From Candidatus Micrarchaeota archaeon (GTDB lineage: Archaea > Micrarchaeota > Micrarchaeia > Anstonellales > Bilamarchaeaceae): DNA of 64,000 nucleotides. Position numbers and translations under genes: made by a program. The stretch lies in assembly GCA_038046765.1 (NCBI GenBank), contig JBBSVN010000001.1:18108-82107 (forward strand), read 5' to 3'. Position 1 is the stretch's first letter, and each line of letters starts with the position of its first letter. Positions 39,941-49,659 of the stretch are shown piece after piece. The notes beneath the pieces are model-generated. The model saw only the letters and a list, made by a program, of their open reading frames with translations, was not told the DNA's origin and searched no databases.

Positions 39941-41220
39941 TGAAATTGATGGAAGCAACAAAAGTTTCTGCTTTAGAAAAAAAAGCACAAAGTGTTCTTG
40001 AATACTATCAACTTACTTACCTGCCAATTACTCTAAACAAAAGATCATTTACTGCAAAAGAATCAGAAGAGATTATTAAAAAGGCAGTTCTAACAAGTAC
40101 AAATAATCCTTCTAAAATACGATCGGGAGTATTTAGGGAACTTACCTATCGAAATCCAGAACTTGCCTTAAGAATTGAAATTTCAGCAATGGAAAAAAAA
40201 CATGGGATTAAATTAACAGAAGTCGAACAAAGTAATCTCGTAATGTTAACTGCAAAAACGTTTGTGCAAGATAAGTCTTTTAATAAAATAGAAGCGCATG
40301 AGGCATATCTGGGAGCAAGTAAAAAACTAAGTATTCTAGTAGAAAAAAAATTACAAAAACAAATTCCATCAACACCTAAAGAAGTTCCAATTGCAGCAGA
40401 AGATTTTGAAAAAGTCGTTGATACAACATACAAAAAAGCATTTGTTGATTTTAAATCTTTTTTAGATCGAACTGGATTTGGTGATATCTCAAAGAAAATG
40501 CCAACAGCGCCTCCAATAAATATTCTTGAATCAAATCCATCTAATCTTGCTGAGTATGATTCTGATAAAAAATCTATAAATATCTTTAAGGAAAACTTAA
40601 GAAAAAATCCTTCTTTACTTTATGGCACGCTTGTACATGAATTATTTCACGCAAGTTTTGATGCTTACGCAAGCAAAGATGCAATGACAATCTTTGCGGG
40701 TAGTTCTGTTTTTTCACGAGTCATGAATGAAGGGCTAGCTGAGATAATGTCTGGTATTTTTAATGACTTAGAAAAAAGAAATGTTTACTATGGATCTAGA
40801 ATAACTGCTGGCTTATTTAAGTGGATTCTTAGCTTGGACTCAACTGGTTTTAATTCAAAAGGTGGGATAACTGTTCCAGAAATCGGAAAAAATAAGGTTA
40901 TGCGAGCAGTGCTAAACCATGATTGGCAATCATTAAGGGAAAGTTTTGATGCTAAATTCGGAAAGGATTCCTGGGGAGAATTTTTTAAGACTCTTACTCG
41001 GGATAAAGATAGGAAAATTATTGAAGATGAGGACAAATACGAAAAAGCCGCCATTAACGGAATGGTCTACATGTTAGATAATGTTTCTAAACTAGGTCAA
41101 TCGGATGTTCAAAGAATGCTTTCATCAAGGATGATTCTTAATGATCCTGCTTTTAAAGATGTAAAAGACGCTTTATTTGAAGCTAGAAAAACGGCTATTT
41201 ATGCTAAAGTTAGTAAGTAA
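39940..41220 (+). CDS. Putative zinc metalloprotease (HExxH...NEG)
   Basis: LVHELFHA...MNEGLAE; paralogous to 33470-34954. Confidence 0.7.
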   Translation: MKLMEATKVSALEKKAQSVLEYYQLTYLPITLNKRSFTAKESEEIIKKAVLTSTNNPSKIRSGVFRELTYRNPELALRIEISAMEKKHGIKLTEVEQSNLVMLTAKTFVQDKSFNKIEAHEAYLGASKKLSILVEKKLQKQIPSTPKEVPIAAEDFEKVVDTTYKKAFVDFKSFLDRTGFGDISKKMPTAPPINILESNPSNLAEYDSDKKSINIFKENLRKNPSLLYGTLVHELFHASFDAYASKDAMTIFAGSSVFSRVMNEGLAEIMSGIFNDLEKRNVYYGSRITAGLFKWILSLDSTGFNSKGGITVPEIGKNKVMRAVLNHDWQSLRESFDAKFGKDSWGEFFKTLTRDKDRKIIEDEDKYEKAAINGMVYMLDNVSKLGQSDVQRMLSSRMILNDPAFKDVKDALFEARKTAIYAKVSK

Positions 41221-41719
41221 CTTTTGGACTAGCAGCTACTTTTCTTGTTCCCGTTTCTGCAATTTTTCCCAGTACTTCGTTTTCTATTCTTTTTTTGGCA
41301 AATACGTCGTAAGTTTTTTCTAATCCTTGTTCAATCATTTCTTTTCTAAATTGTTCGATTTCAGCTTTAATTTTTTTAATTCCTTCCTCTTTTTTCTTTG
41401 AGTTAGAATCAGTTTGTAATTCTTTGGCTCTTTTACTCCATCCCTCTATTTTTTTATCCATCTGTTTATAGCTTGGGCTGCTGAAAAAAGAAAGCAAGTC
41501 TGATCCAAAATTTCTTAATGCCTTATCTGATTCTTCATCATAAACTAGTCTAGGCACTGCTGTTTTCAAATCTTTTCTTGGTTCCGACATTGGTTTTTGC
41601 ACCTTAAATATTTTTGCATCAGGCGCGGAGTTTAGCATTCTTCTGCTTTGTTCGCTCCTGCAGCTTGGTGCATATAAGCAAAGTGCAAATATTAATGCTT
41701 TAGTGCGAGCGTACTTCAT
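41210..41719 (-). CDS. Hypothetical protein with N-terminal signal-like segment
   Basis: MKYARTKALIFALCLYAPSC; stop overlaps the convergent metalloprotease stop. Confidence 0.6.
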   Translation of the reverse strand: MKYARTKALIFALCLYAPSCRSEQSRRMLNSAPDAKIFKVQKPMSEPRKDLKTAVPRLVYDEESDKALRNFGSDLLSFFSSPSYKQMDKKIEGWSKRAKELQTDSNSKKKEEGIKKIKAEIEQFRKEMIEQGLEKTYDVFAKKRIENEVLGKIAETGTRKVAASPKVTY

Positions 41720-41855
41720 AGTTATAGTGTGTTAAAATAAGTATTTAAATCTATAAGAATGGGTGTTAGATAATAAATTATAAAAAAAGAAATTAAAAAA
41801 TCCAGAGAATTGCATTCTCTAGCTTTTCAAGCTCTGGCTTGAAAATCAAATTTAT

Positions 41856-42101
41856 TTATTTCTTTGCTGCTTTTGCTGTGCCTTTGTCATCCATTTCACA
41901 GCATCCTTCTTTGCATGCACCGCACATTCCCATGCTGTGTGCTAAAGAACCAACACCAAAGAGCAATAATAATAATCCTGCTGCCATGTTTGCTGTTGTT
42001 GAACTTAAGGATCCTAATCCTGCAAGTAAAAACATTAAACCAGCAAGTAATACCATTAATCCTGAAACTTTTTCGCACATTCCTCCTTTACACATATACA
42101 A
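41856..42101 (-). CDS. Small two-TM protein with Cys/Met-rich ends
   Basis: CKGGMC...HSMGMCGACKEGCC; GGTGA SD. Confidence 0.7.
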   Translation of the reverse strand: MYMCKGGMCEKVSGLMVLLAGLMFLLAGLGSLSSTTANMAAGLLLLLFGVGSLAHSMGMCGACKEGCCEMDDKGTAKAAKK

Positions 42102-42205
42102 TTCACCTGAAAAGTTTTTTATTATTAAGATAAACTACAAACAAAAGCTTATAAATACATGTTAGTACATATTTATTGCTAATTATTATAACAGGTGGGT
42201 ATTTA

Positions 42206-42388
42206 ATGGAAATAACTAAATATGAACTTTCAAGATTAATGGGTGCACGGGCACTACAATTATCATGCATGGCACCTCCGCTTGTAAAAGCTACTGCTAA
42301 AATGAGTTTTCTTGATGTAGCTGAACTCGAGTACAAACAAAAAGTTATTCCTTTAGTCGTATTTAGAAAGAAAACAAAAGAAAGTTAA
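42206..42388 (+). CDS. rpoK: RNA polymerase subunit K (Rpo6)
   Basis: TKYELSRLMGARALQLS..APPLV...A.LE....IPLVV. Confidence 0.93.
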   Translation: MEITKYELSRLMGARALQLSCMAPPLVKATAKMSFLDVAELEYKQKVIPLVVFRKKTKES

Positions 42389-42426
42389 CTTTTTTTCTTA
42401 CTTTAATTTTACTTTAATTATTCATC

Positions 42427-43065
42427 TTATTCTTTACTTACATTAAAAGGAGCTTGGACTAAATCTATTTTATAACCTGGTCCGGTTTCCCTTAATAGCA
42501 CTCTTTTTTCTTGGTCTATCCATCTATAAAATGTCTGTCTGGTTTTACCCTGCCCTAATTCCAGCCTTATCCTATAAGCACTTCTGCCAAGCGTGGTATC
42601 ATTACCCTCACTTATTAGATCGATTCTGTTTGTTATTACTGATCCCATCGCAAGACTATATTCTGATTCAACACTCCAGTTCCAAGTATTATCAATTGCA
42701 AGCATCCAAGGTGCAAAAACATAGAAAAATTGATCCTTTAAGGTGTAATTATTATATGTTCTATCATTTCCAAATTGATCGACGCATGCAAATGTTCTGT
42801 TTAGCGTTCCCTGTATTTCTATTGCAGTGCAATTTATTCCCTTCTTTATATTATACAAAATTATAAATGAGTTGTTGGATGCTGACACATTATATAAATA
42901 AACATATCTTTCTCCATCAAGTAGCGCAAATTTTGTGTTCTTTACTAAAGGCGCTTCCCTTACCGAATTACTCTGGACGATTTTTTGTGCTGGAAATAAG
43001 TAAACTGATGCGCTAATCATAAGTACAAAAACAATTACTGTGTATAAGAAAATCTTATTATCCAT
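42427..43065 (-). CDS. Membrane-anchored hypothetical protein
   Basis: N-terminal TM; WIDQEKRVLLR. Confidence 0.65.
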   Translation of the reverse strand: MDNKIFLYTVIVFVLMISASVYLFPAQKIVQSNSVREAPLVKNTKFALLDGERYVYLYNVSASNNSFIILYNIKKGINCTAIEIQGTLNRTFACVDQFGNDRTYNNYTLKDQFFYVFAPWMLAIDNTWNWSVESEYSLAMGSVITNRIDLISEGNDTTLGRSAYRIRLELGQGKTRQTFYRWIDQEKRVLLRETGPGYKIDLVQAPFNVSKE

Positions 43066-43073
43066 AGTCTCAC

Positions 43074-43589
43074 TTATTGTACTTTTGCCGCTTTTCCAAA
43101 CTTTGCGTAGGGTTTAGTTGTTGGGCTATCCATTTTCTCAAAAAGAATCTGGGTAATGCGCATTCCCGCATGAAGTTTTATACTAAAAGGCGCGAAGTTA
43201 ACTATTTCTAAAACTTGTCTGTTGTCGCTTCCAGGTTGGACTAATGCGGCAGTTACATGTATACATAGTCCCATTCTTGCGTATCTTGTACGTCCTTCTA
43301 ATTTTCCCATTATTGATGGGCTAAGTGTAATCTTTTCAATCGTTTTTCCTAAGCACATTTCTCCTGGTTTTAATGTAATTATCTTCGCTTTTTTAAGTTC
43401 GAGCGCTTCGTTAAAATCAGTTTCTTTTAAGTCAACAATCTTATTGTGAAATTTCTTTTTGAAAAAATACCATTCATCGCTTAATGTTAAATCGACTGTT
43501 GCTCCTCCTAGTTGCGAGGGCTCGAACGGAGTTATCTTTATCTCGCCTTTTTTCATTGCTTTTTTAATATTGGAATCACTTAGTGGCAT
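43074..43589 (-). CDS. dcd: dCTP deaminase
   Basis: LSDSNI, TVDLTL, EGRTRYARMGL, PG, LEIVN, RITQ. Confidence 0.92.
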   Translation of the reverse strand: MPLSDSNIKKAMKKGEIKITPFEPSQLGGATVDLTLSDEWYFFKKKFHNKIVDLKETDFNEALELKKAKIITLKPGEMCLGKTIEKITLSPSIMGKLEGRTRYARMGLCIHVTAALVQPGSDNRQVLEIVNFAPFSIKLHAGMRITQILFEKMDSPTTKPYAKFGKAAKVQ

Positions 43590-43640
43590 AAATAAGAAAA
43601 CAAGACAAAGATTAAAAAGATTCCAGAAGCAGATAACGCT

Positions 43641-44342
43641 ATGCAAATTAAATCAATTAAGATAATTGTCAACCCGAAAAAAGAATGGGCGATTAAACTC
43701 GCTAAAGAAGTAGGGTTATTTCTTATTCAAAATAAATTTAAAATCTCAAAGCAAAAAGCAGACTTAACAATTTGTATTGGCGGAGACGGAACAATTCTTT
43801 ACGCAAATCACAAAGACCGGATTGATGGCGCAATACTTGGGATCGGAAGTAGCACGAGCGTTGTATGTATACTACGAAATGATAACTGGAAGGAAAAAAT
43901 TCTGGATCTTATTAAATCTGCGAATGTCGAAAAGCGTCTTAGCCTCTTATGCGAATTTGAAGGTAAAAAGATATCTGCAATAAATGATGTAGTAATTCAC
44001 TCCTGCGATTATCGGGTAATAAAAATAAATCTTAAAATAAATGGCGAAACTTTCGAATTTCAGGGAGATGGGGTAATAATTTCAACTCCAACTGGTTCAA
44101 CTGCTTATGCGTATTCAGCTGGCGGGAAAACGTTATCTACTGTTTCTCGGGAAATCGAAATTGTTCCGATCTGCCCTTATAAACGGACATTTGAAACAGA
44201 AATAACTGATCAAAATAGTGAAATTGAAATAATTTGTGACCGAGGGAGTGCGCTTATAATTGACGGGATTTTTATCGGGAAGGTAAAACCAAATCAGACA
44301 ATAAGAGTTAAAAAAGGTGAAGATGTAAGCTTTATCGTATAG
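43641..44342 (+). CDS. nadK: NAD+ kinase
   Basis: GGDGT, AIND, GDGVIISTPTGSTAYAYSAGG. Confidence 0.94.
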   Translation: MQIKSIKIIVNPKKEWAIKLAKEVGLFLIQNKFKISKQKADLTICIGGDGTILYANHKDRIDGAILGIGSSTSVVCILRNDNWKEKILDLIKSANVEKRLSLLCEFEGKKISAINDVVIHSCDYRVIKINLKINGETFEFQGDGVIISTPTGSTAYAYSAGGKTLSTVSREIEIVPICPYKRTFETEITDQNSEIEIICDRGSALIIDGIFIGKVKPNQTIRVKKGEDVSFIV

Positions 44343-44353
44343 GTGATTACTTT

Positions 44354-45553
44354 ATGAAAAAATTCTTGTTTGCGTTGTTACTATTTTCTATTCTCTTATT
44401 AGGTTGTACTCAAAAACCATCCATTATAAAGGCCAACGATTCTGTAATTGTACCACCAACAGTACAATCAAATGTTTCTAACCTCACAAATACATCTGAA
44501 CCACCTGCTGTTGTTAAATCTGAAACCGTTAAGTTTGGGGCCATCTTGCCTTTAACTGGTACGCTTGCTAATATCGGAGATGGTATGAAAAATGCAATGC
44601 TTCTAGCTGTTCGTGAAATAAACGGACAGGGCGGTATAAATGGCAAAATTGTTGAACTTGTAATTGAAGATAGTGCATGCAATCCGTCAAACGGCGTTTC
44701 TGCGGCAACTAAGCTTGTTTCTATTGATAAAGTTTTGGCAGTAGCCGGTCCAACATGTTCGGGTGAAAGTTTAGCATCTGCAAATGTTTTTACTGATAAT
44801 AAAGTTGTTGCACTTTCCCCTAGCGCAACAAGCTCTAAATTGACTACTTCAAGTGATTATCTATTTAGAATTGTCCCAAGCGACTCTTTTCAGGGAAGCG
44901 TAGCTGCGAAATATTCTAGAAATACGCTTGGTGCAAAAAGATCTGCAATATTCTATATTAATAACGACTGGGGCGTGGGACTTCGGGACTCGTTCAAAAA
45001 AACATTTGTTGATATGGGCGGGGAAATTTCAACTGAACAGAGCATGATGGGGGACGCAACTGATGTAAAGACAGAGTTGACTAGGATAAGAGCACTAAAT
45101 TCTGACCTTATATATCTGGCATGTTATCCAAAAGAGTGTTCAATTGCATTAAAACAAATTTCGGACTTCGGTATCAACATAACTGTGCTTGGTGCAGATG
45201 GAGCTGATGATCCACAAACATTATCTAGTTTAGGAAATGCTGCAGAAGGCCTTACGATAACGATCGCAAGTTCTCAAAACGCAGTTGACTTTTCTAAAAA
45301 TTATAAATCTTTATATGCAAAAGAAGCCGGTGCTTACACTGCACAATCTTATGACTCTATAAATTTGCTTGCCAGTGCAGTAAAAAGCGGTGCGATAGAC
45401 GGACCATCGATAAAAAGCTACCTTTACGGTGTTAATTACAAAGGCGTAAGCGGTAACATTGAATTTGATTCAAACGGCGACCTAAAAGGTTACAAATACG
45501 ACCTTAAAAAATGGACTAATGGAAAGTTTGTTTTGCTAGAGAAAGCAGGTTAA
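44354..45553 (+). CDS. livK: Branched-chain amino acid ABC substrate-binding lipoprotein
   Basis: LLGC lipobox; GAILPLTG, GGINGK, PSDSFQG, YD, FDSNGD. Confidence 0.92.
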   Translation: MKKFLFALLLFSILLLGCTQKPSIIKANDSVIVPPTVQSNVSNLTNTSEPPAVVKSETVKFGAILPLTGTLANIGDGMKNAMLLAVREINGQGGINGKIVELVIEDSACNPSNGVSAATKLVSIDKVLAVAGPTCSGESLASANVFTDNKVVALSPSATSSKLTTSSDYLFRIVPSDSFQGSVAAKYSRNTLGAKRSAIFYINNDWGVGLRDSFKKTFVDMGGEISTEQSMMGDATDVKTELTRIRALNSDLIYLACYPKECSIALKQISDFGINITVLGADGADDPQTLSSLGNAAEGLTITIASSQNAVDFSKNYKSLYAKEAGAYTAQSYDSINLLASAVKSGAIDGPSIKSYLYGVNYKGVSGNIEFDSNGDLKGYKYDLKKWTNGKFVLLEKAG

Positions 45554-45558
45554 TTAAT

Positions 45559-45665
45559 TGCTTGTAGCCTGTGGCTTGGTAGCTATTAGCCACTTGCTAA
45601 TTGCCACGAGTCACTCGCCAATAATTGCTACTTGCAACCCGTTACGGTCTACATGCCATTAGCTG
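45559..45665. repeat. Degenerate 7-bp-periodic repeat tract
   Basis: tgcttg tagcctg tggcttg ... tagccact tgctaat tgccacg ...; resembles 59205-59298. Confidence 0.6.
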
Positions 45666-45671
45666 ATTCAT

Positions 45672-46553
45672 ATGTCTGAACTTGTTTTAATTCTGCAAAT
45701 TCTTGTAAACGGGATAATTGCTGGTGCAATACTTTCGTTAGTTGCAATTGGGTACAATATGATTTATGGGATTCTTAAGTTTATCAATTTTGCACATGGA
45801 GATGTTGTAACATTTTCCTCTTTTATCTTCTTTTTTTTCTTTGTTCAGATTAAGTTGCCAATTTACTTATCTGTTATCCTGGCAGTTATTCTGACTTTGA
45901 CTCTATCTATGGCTATGAATCATTTTATATATAAAAAACTTAGGTCCGCGCCAAAAATATCTTTGCTAGTCGCTGCCATTTCGCTTTCATTAATCATTCA
46001 GGCTGCAATACTTATGAGTTTTGGGGCAGATGTTAAAATTATTCCAAATCCATTTTCCCCTAAACCTTTGGAATTTTTTGGTGTAATTATTACTTCTGTT
46101 CAGATTGCAATAATTTTTGTATCTGTTTTTCTTTGTATTTTACTAGAAATCTTCTTGCAAAAAACAACTTTAGGTAAACAAATACGTGCTACATCAGCAG
46201 ATCCAGAACTAGCTAAAACAATTGGTATTGACACAGAAAAAACAATCGCAGATGCTTTTGCAATTTCATCTCTTTTGGCTACTGTTGCCGCAATTATGAT
46301 AAGTTTTGAGCAACCAATTAATTATTACCTTGGATTTAATTTAGGAGTTAATGCATTTGCCGCGAGCATAATTGGGGGGATAGGTAGCATTTACGGATCT
46401 TTCCTAGGTGCTTATTTTATCAGTATTCTTGAAAACTTAGGATTGCTATTTCTTCCATCTGGTTACAAGGATGCAATTGGCTTTTTGGTGTTGGCAATCT
46501 TTTTATTATTTAGACCAAACGGAATAATTCACAATAAATCTAGAAAGTTGTAA
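45672..46553 (+). CDS. livH: Branched-chain amino acid ABC permease
   Basis: QILVNGI, INFAHG, LGKQIRA, IIGGIGS. Confidence 0.93.
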   Translation: MSELVLILQILVNGIIAGAILSLVAIGYNMIYGILKFINFAHGDVVTFSSFIFFFFFVQIKLPIYLSVILAVILTLTLSMAMNHFIYKKLRSAPKISLLVAAISLSLIIQAAILMSFGADVKIIPNPFSPKPLEFFGVIITSVQIAIIFVSVFLCILLEIFLQKTTLGKQIRATSADPELAKTIGIDTEKTIADAFAISSLLATVAAIMISFEQPINYYLGFNLGVNAFAASIIGGIGSIYGSFLGAYFISILENLGLLFLPSGYKDAIGFLVLAIFLLFRPNGIIHNKSRKL

Positions 46554-46602
46554 AATGTGTAAAAAAGATAGATTAAAAAAAGATTTGTTATAATAAATTG
46601 TT

Positions 46603-47133
46603 ATGGACGATTTAATACAGAAGCTAAATACGGCAGATCAATCTAAACCTGAATTTTCTATTTATATTGAGCAAGCTGGAGAAACACAGTCAGTTAAAGT
46701 CCTAGATACTCTTTTAAAAATACTAAAAACTGGCAATAAAAAACATTTATGTGCAATTGCAAGGGCATTAGCCAAGATTGGCATAAAGGAGGCAGTACCA
46801 GAACTTTTAGAGCATTTATTCTTACCCGATTTTTACAAAAGACGGGAAATTGGTCAAGCGATAAAAGACATCGTTACACGTGCAAAAAAAATTGAAGACC
46901 TTGGGTACATTATCGATGCGGTTGTTACTTCCATAAAAAATAACCGGAATCACCCATTTTGTCAGGAACGTGATCAGGAAGTTCAGTCTGTTCTGCATGC
47001 AATAAACGCAAAAAATGAATTCCTAAGGCAAGAAAAAATTGTTCAAACCTCTAATGGTCATATCTTAAAATTAAAAAACCCTAACGGAATTCAACTGGGA
47101 AAAAAATCTGCCCCTAAGAAATTAATCTGTTAA
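46603..47133 (+). CDS. HEAT-repeat-like protein inserted in the liv operon
   Basis: AIARALAKIGIKEAVPELL...RREIGQAI; AT-rich upstream region. Confidence 0.65.
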   Translation: MDDLIQKLNTADQSKPEFSIYIEQAGETQSVKVLDTLLKILKTGNKKHLCAIARALAKIGIKEAVPELLEHLFLPDFYKRREIGQAIKDIVTRAKKIEDLGYIIDAVVTSIKNNRNHPFCQERDQEVQSVLHAINAKNEFLRQEKIVQTSNGHILKLKNPNGIQLGKKSAPKKLIC

Positions 47134-47138
47134 CTCAT

Positions 47139-47192
47139 CTTTCGCAAAGTACGAAATTAATTTCGACGCCAGCGAAAAACGCTTTGCGAAAG
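47139..47192. repeat. Branched palindrome (REP/MITE-like)
   Basis: CTTTCGCAAAG (47139-47149)/CTTTGCGAAAG (47182-47192) enclosing CGAAATTAATTTCG. Confidence 0.55.
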
Positions 47193-47298
47193 TTTAGGTG
47201 TTAGCTACATCTTCCAAGAAATAGACGCTCCATTACCAGAATTAATGTAGTTAACGATTCCAAAAACCTTTTTATTAAACGCTTCTGATAGTTAGTTT

Positions 47299-48189
47299 AT
47301 GGAATCCGGAATATTCGTTTATTTATCTAGTTTAATTTCGCGTGCTTCGATTTACTTAGCAGGTGTAATTAGCGCCAACATGCAGTACGGTTACACCGGA
47401 ATGCTTAATCTTGGTGTTGCGGCATTTTCCATGCTCGGTGCGTATGTTACCGCCATTTTAGTTACTCGCTTTGACGCTGATTTTCTAACAACAATAATCG
47501 CTTCTATAATTGTATGCGTAATAGTTTCGATTTTTATCGGATTAGTTAGCCTTAGGACAAAGGGTGATTATTTTGCGCTTGTTACTCTTGGTTTTGGTTA
47601 TGTCTTATACTCACTTTTTTTGAACTACCAGGATGAACCAATTAATGGTGCTTTAGGTATTCCCTCAATAAGGCGTCCTTCTTTTGGCGATTTTATTTTA
47701 ACCCGGGAAAGTTTCTTTTTCCTTTGCCTGGGGTTTCTGGTTATTCTCTACTTTATTGCAAATAAAATTCTCAAATCACACTATGGTACTGTTTTGCGCT
47801 CTATTCGGGATAATGAAGATGCCGCGCGCTCACTTGGTAAAGACGCGGACAAGTACAAACTTAGTATATTTGTTATCGGGGCTGTTTTTGCAGGATTAGG
47901 CGGTTCCATGTATTCATATTGGGCAAGTTACATTGACCCTGGCTCTTTTGGAATTATTGACTCTTTATATATAATTTTTGCAGTTTTAATTGGTGGAAAG
48001 GGAAATTTACTCGGAAGTGTTGCAGGCGGGTTTCTTTTTATTTTGCTTCCCGAGCCTTTAAGGTTTCTTAATTTGCCGCCTAATATAATTGGCGGGGCAA
48101 GGCAGCTTATACTGGGAGTTCTTTTGCTTCTTACAATTTTGTACCGTCCAGATGGAATATTCAAGGAAAAAACAAAGAAATTTAACTAA
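47299..48189 (+). CDS. livM: Branched-chain amino acid ABC permease
   Basis: GYTGMLNLG, GDYFALVTLGF, SIRDNEDAARSLG, RPDGI. Confidence 0.93.
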   Translation: MESGIFVYLSSLISRASIYLAGVISANMQYGYTGMLNLGVAAFSMLGAYVTAILVTRFDADFLTTIIASIIVCVIVSIFIGLVSLRTKGDYFALVTLGFGYVLYSLFLNYQDEPINGALGIPSIRRPSFGDFILTRESFFFLCLGFLVILYFIANKILKSHYGTVLRSIRDNEDAARSLGKDADKYKLSIFVIGAVFAGLGGSMYSYWASYIDPGSFGIIDSLYIIFAVLIGGKGNLLGSVAGGFLFILLPEPLRFLNLPPNIIGGARQLILGVLLLLTILYRPDGIFKEKTKKFN

Positions 48190-48216
48190 ATATCTTCTAA
48201 TTATATATGATGATTT

Positions 48217-48966
48217 ATGCCTAATCATATTCTTAAAGTCAAAAACCTTTGCAAACATTACGATGGTGTAGTCGCTCTTGATAACTGTAGTTTTGAAATT
48301 GAAGTTGGTACAATAACTGGTTTAATTGGTCCAAATGGTGCTGGTAAAACTACTTTATTTAATGTAATAAGCGGGTTCGAAAAACCAACTTCAGGAAGTG
48401 TTTATTTGCATAACCAAAATGTCACTAATCTAAAATCTCACGAAGTAGCTTCTTTGGGTCTTTGCCGTACATTTCAGTCAACAAAGCTTTTTAGTCACAT
48501 GACTGCAATGGAAAATCTTATTACTGCGCAAAAAACCAGCAATAATTATATCGATATTGCAAAAGACCTTTTTCGAGATCAGACAATTATCGCAAAGAAA
48601 AGTTTAGACATTCTATCTTGGGCTAACCTGCATGAAAAGAAAAATCATCTGACTAAAGATTTATCTTATGGTCAGCAAAAAATCTTAGCTCCTCTTAGAA
48701 GTCTTGCAGCAGATCCTAAGGTGCTTCTTTTAGATGAACCATTTGCTGGAGTAAATCCTAAAATGGTAAAATCAATAATGGAGAATATCGTGAAAATAAA
48801 AAATACTGGTAAAACTATTCTTCTTATTGAACATAATCTAAGTGCGGTTATGGACTTATGCGAGGGGGTAATTGTTCTTGATCAAGGTAAAAAAATTGCA
48901 CACGGTTCAATTGATGAAATAAAAAATAACAAAAAGGTTATTGAAGCTTATTTGGGTGCGGTTTAG
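48217..48966 (+). CDS. livG: Branched-chain amino acid ABC ATPase
   Basis: GPNGAGKTT, RTFQ, LSYGQQK, LLDEPFAG, IEHN, AYLG. Confidence 0.94.
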   Translation: MPNHILKVKNLCKHYDGVVALDNCSFEIEVGTITGLIGPNGAGKTTLFNVISGFEKPTSGSVYLHNQNVTNLKSHEVASLGLCRTFQSTKLFSHMTAMENLITAQKTSNNYIDIAKDLFRDQTIIAKKSLDILSWANLHEKKNHLTKDLSYGQQKILAPLRSLAADPKVLLLDEPFAGVNPKMVKSIMENIVKIKNTGKTILLIEHNLSAVMDLCEGVIVLDQGKKIAHGSIDEIKNNKKVIEAYLGAV

Positions 48967-48967
48967 T

Positions 48968-49654
48968 ATGTCTGCTGCTACTTTATCAATAAAAAATATC
49001 TATGCTGGCTATGATAAATTAGAAATCCTGCACGATATTTCGTTTAGCTTTAATCAAACAGATTTTGTAACTCTAGTTGGTGCAAACGGAGCTGGTAAAA
49101 GCACGCTGCTTAAGGTAATTTCCGGGGTTATTGTTCCAACAGATGGGGTGGTTGAATTAAACGGAAAAAATCTGCTAAGTTTATCCGTTAAAGAAAGACT
49201 CGAAAACGGTATTGCGTACGTTCCACAAGGTAAAAAGATTTTTCCTGGTTTATCTGTCAAAGAAAATCTGGAGTTAGTTTCATCTGATTTTTCGCATGTT
49301 TTAGATATTTTTCCTTCTATAAAAACAAAACTAAATATTCGTTCTGAATTTCTAAGCGGCGGGGAGCAGCAGATGGTGGGTCTTGCCCGGGCTCTGTTAT
49401 TTAAGCCAAAATTTCTCTTACTTGACGAACCTTCAATAGGACTTTCCCCCAGCTTGGTTGATAAAACTTTTAAAATTTTTAAGAAACTAAACGAAGAAGA
49501 AGGAACCGGAATTTTGGTTGTCGAACAAAACGTGAAAAAAGCATTGGAATACGTACATTACGGGTACATTTTGGAGCTTGGGAAAATAAAACAAAAAGTA
49601 ACTAAAGACGATTTGGAAAACCCCGATTTTAAGAGAGTTTATTTGGGGATTTAA
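48968..49654 (+). CDS. livF: Branched-chain amino acid ABC ATPase
   Basis: GANGAGKST, LSGGEQQM, LDEPSIGL, VEQN. Confidence 0.94.
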   Translation: MSAATLSIKNIYAGYDKLEILHDISFSFNQTDFVTLVGANGAGKSTLLKVISGVIVPTDGVVELNGKNLLSLSVKERLENGIAYVPQGKKIFPGLSVKENLELVSSDFSHVLDIFPSIKTKLNIRSEFLSGGEQQMVGLARALLFKPKFLLLDEPSIGLSPSLVDKTFKIFKKLNEEEGTGILVVEQNVKKALEYVHYGYILELGKIKQKVTKDDLENPDFKRVYLGI

Positions 49655-49659
49655 TGTTA

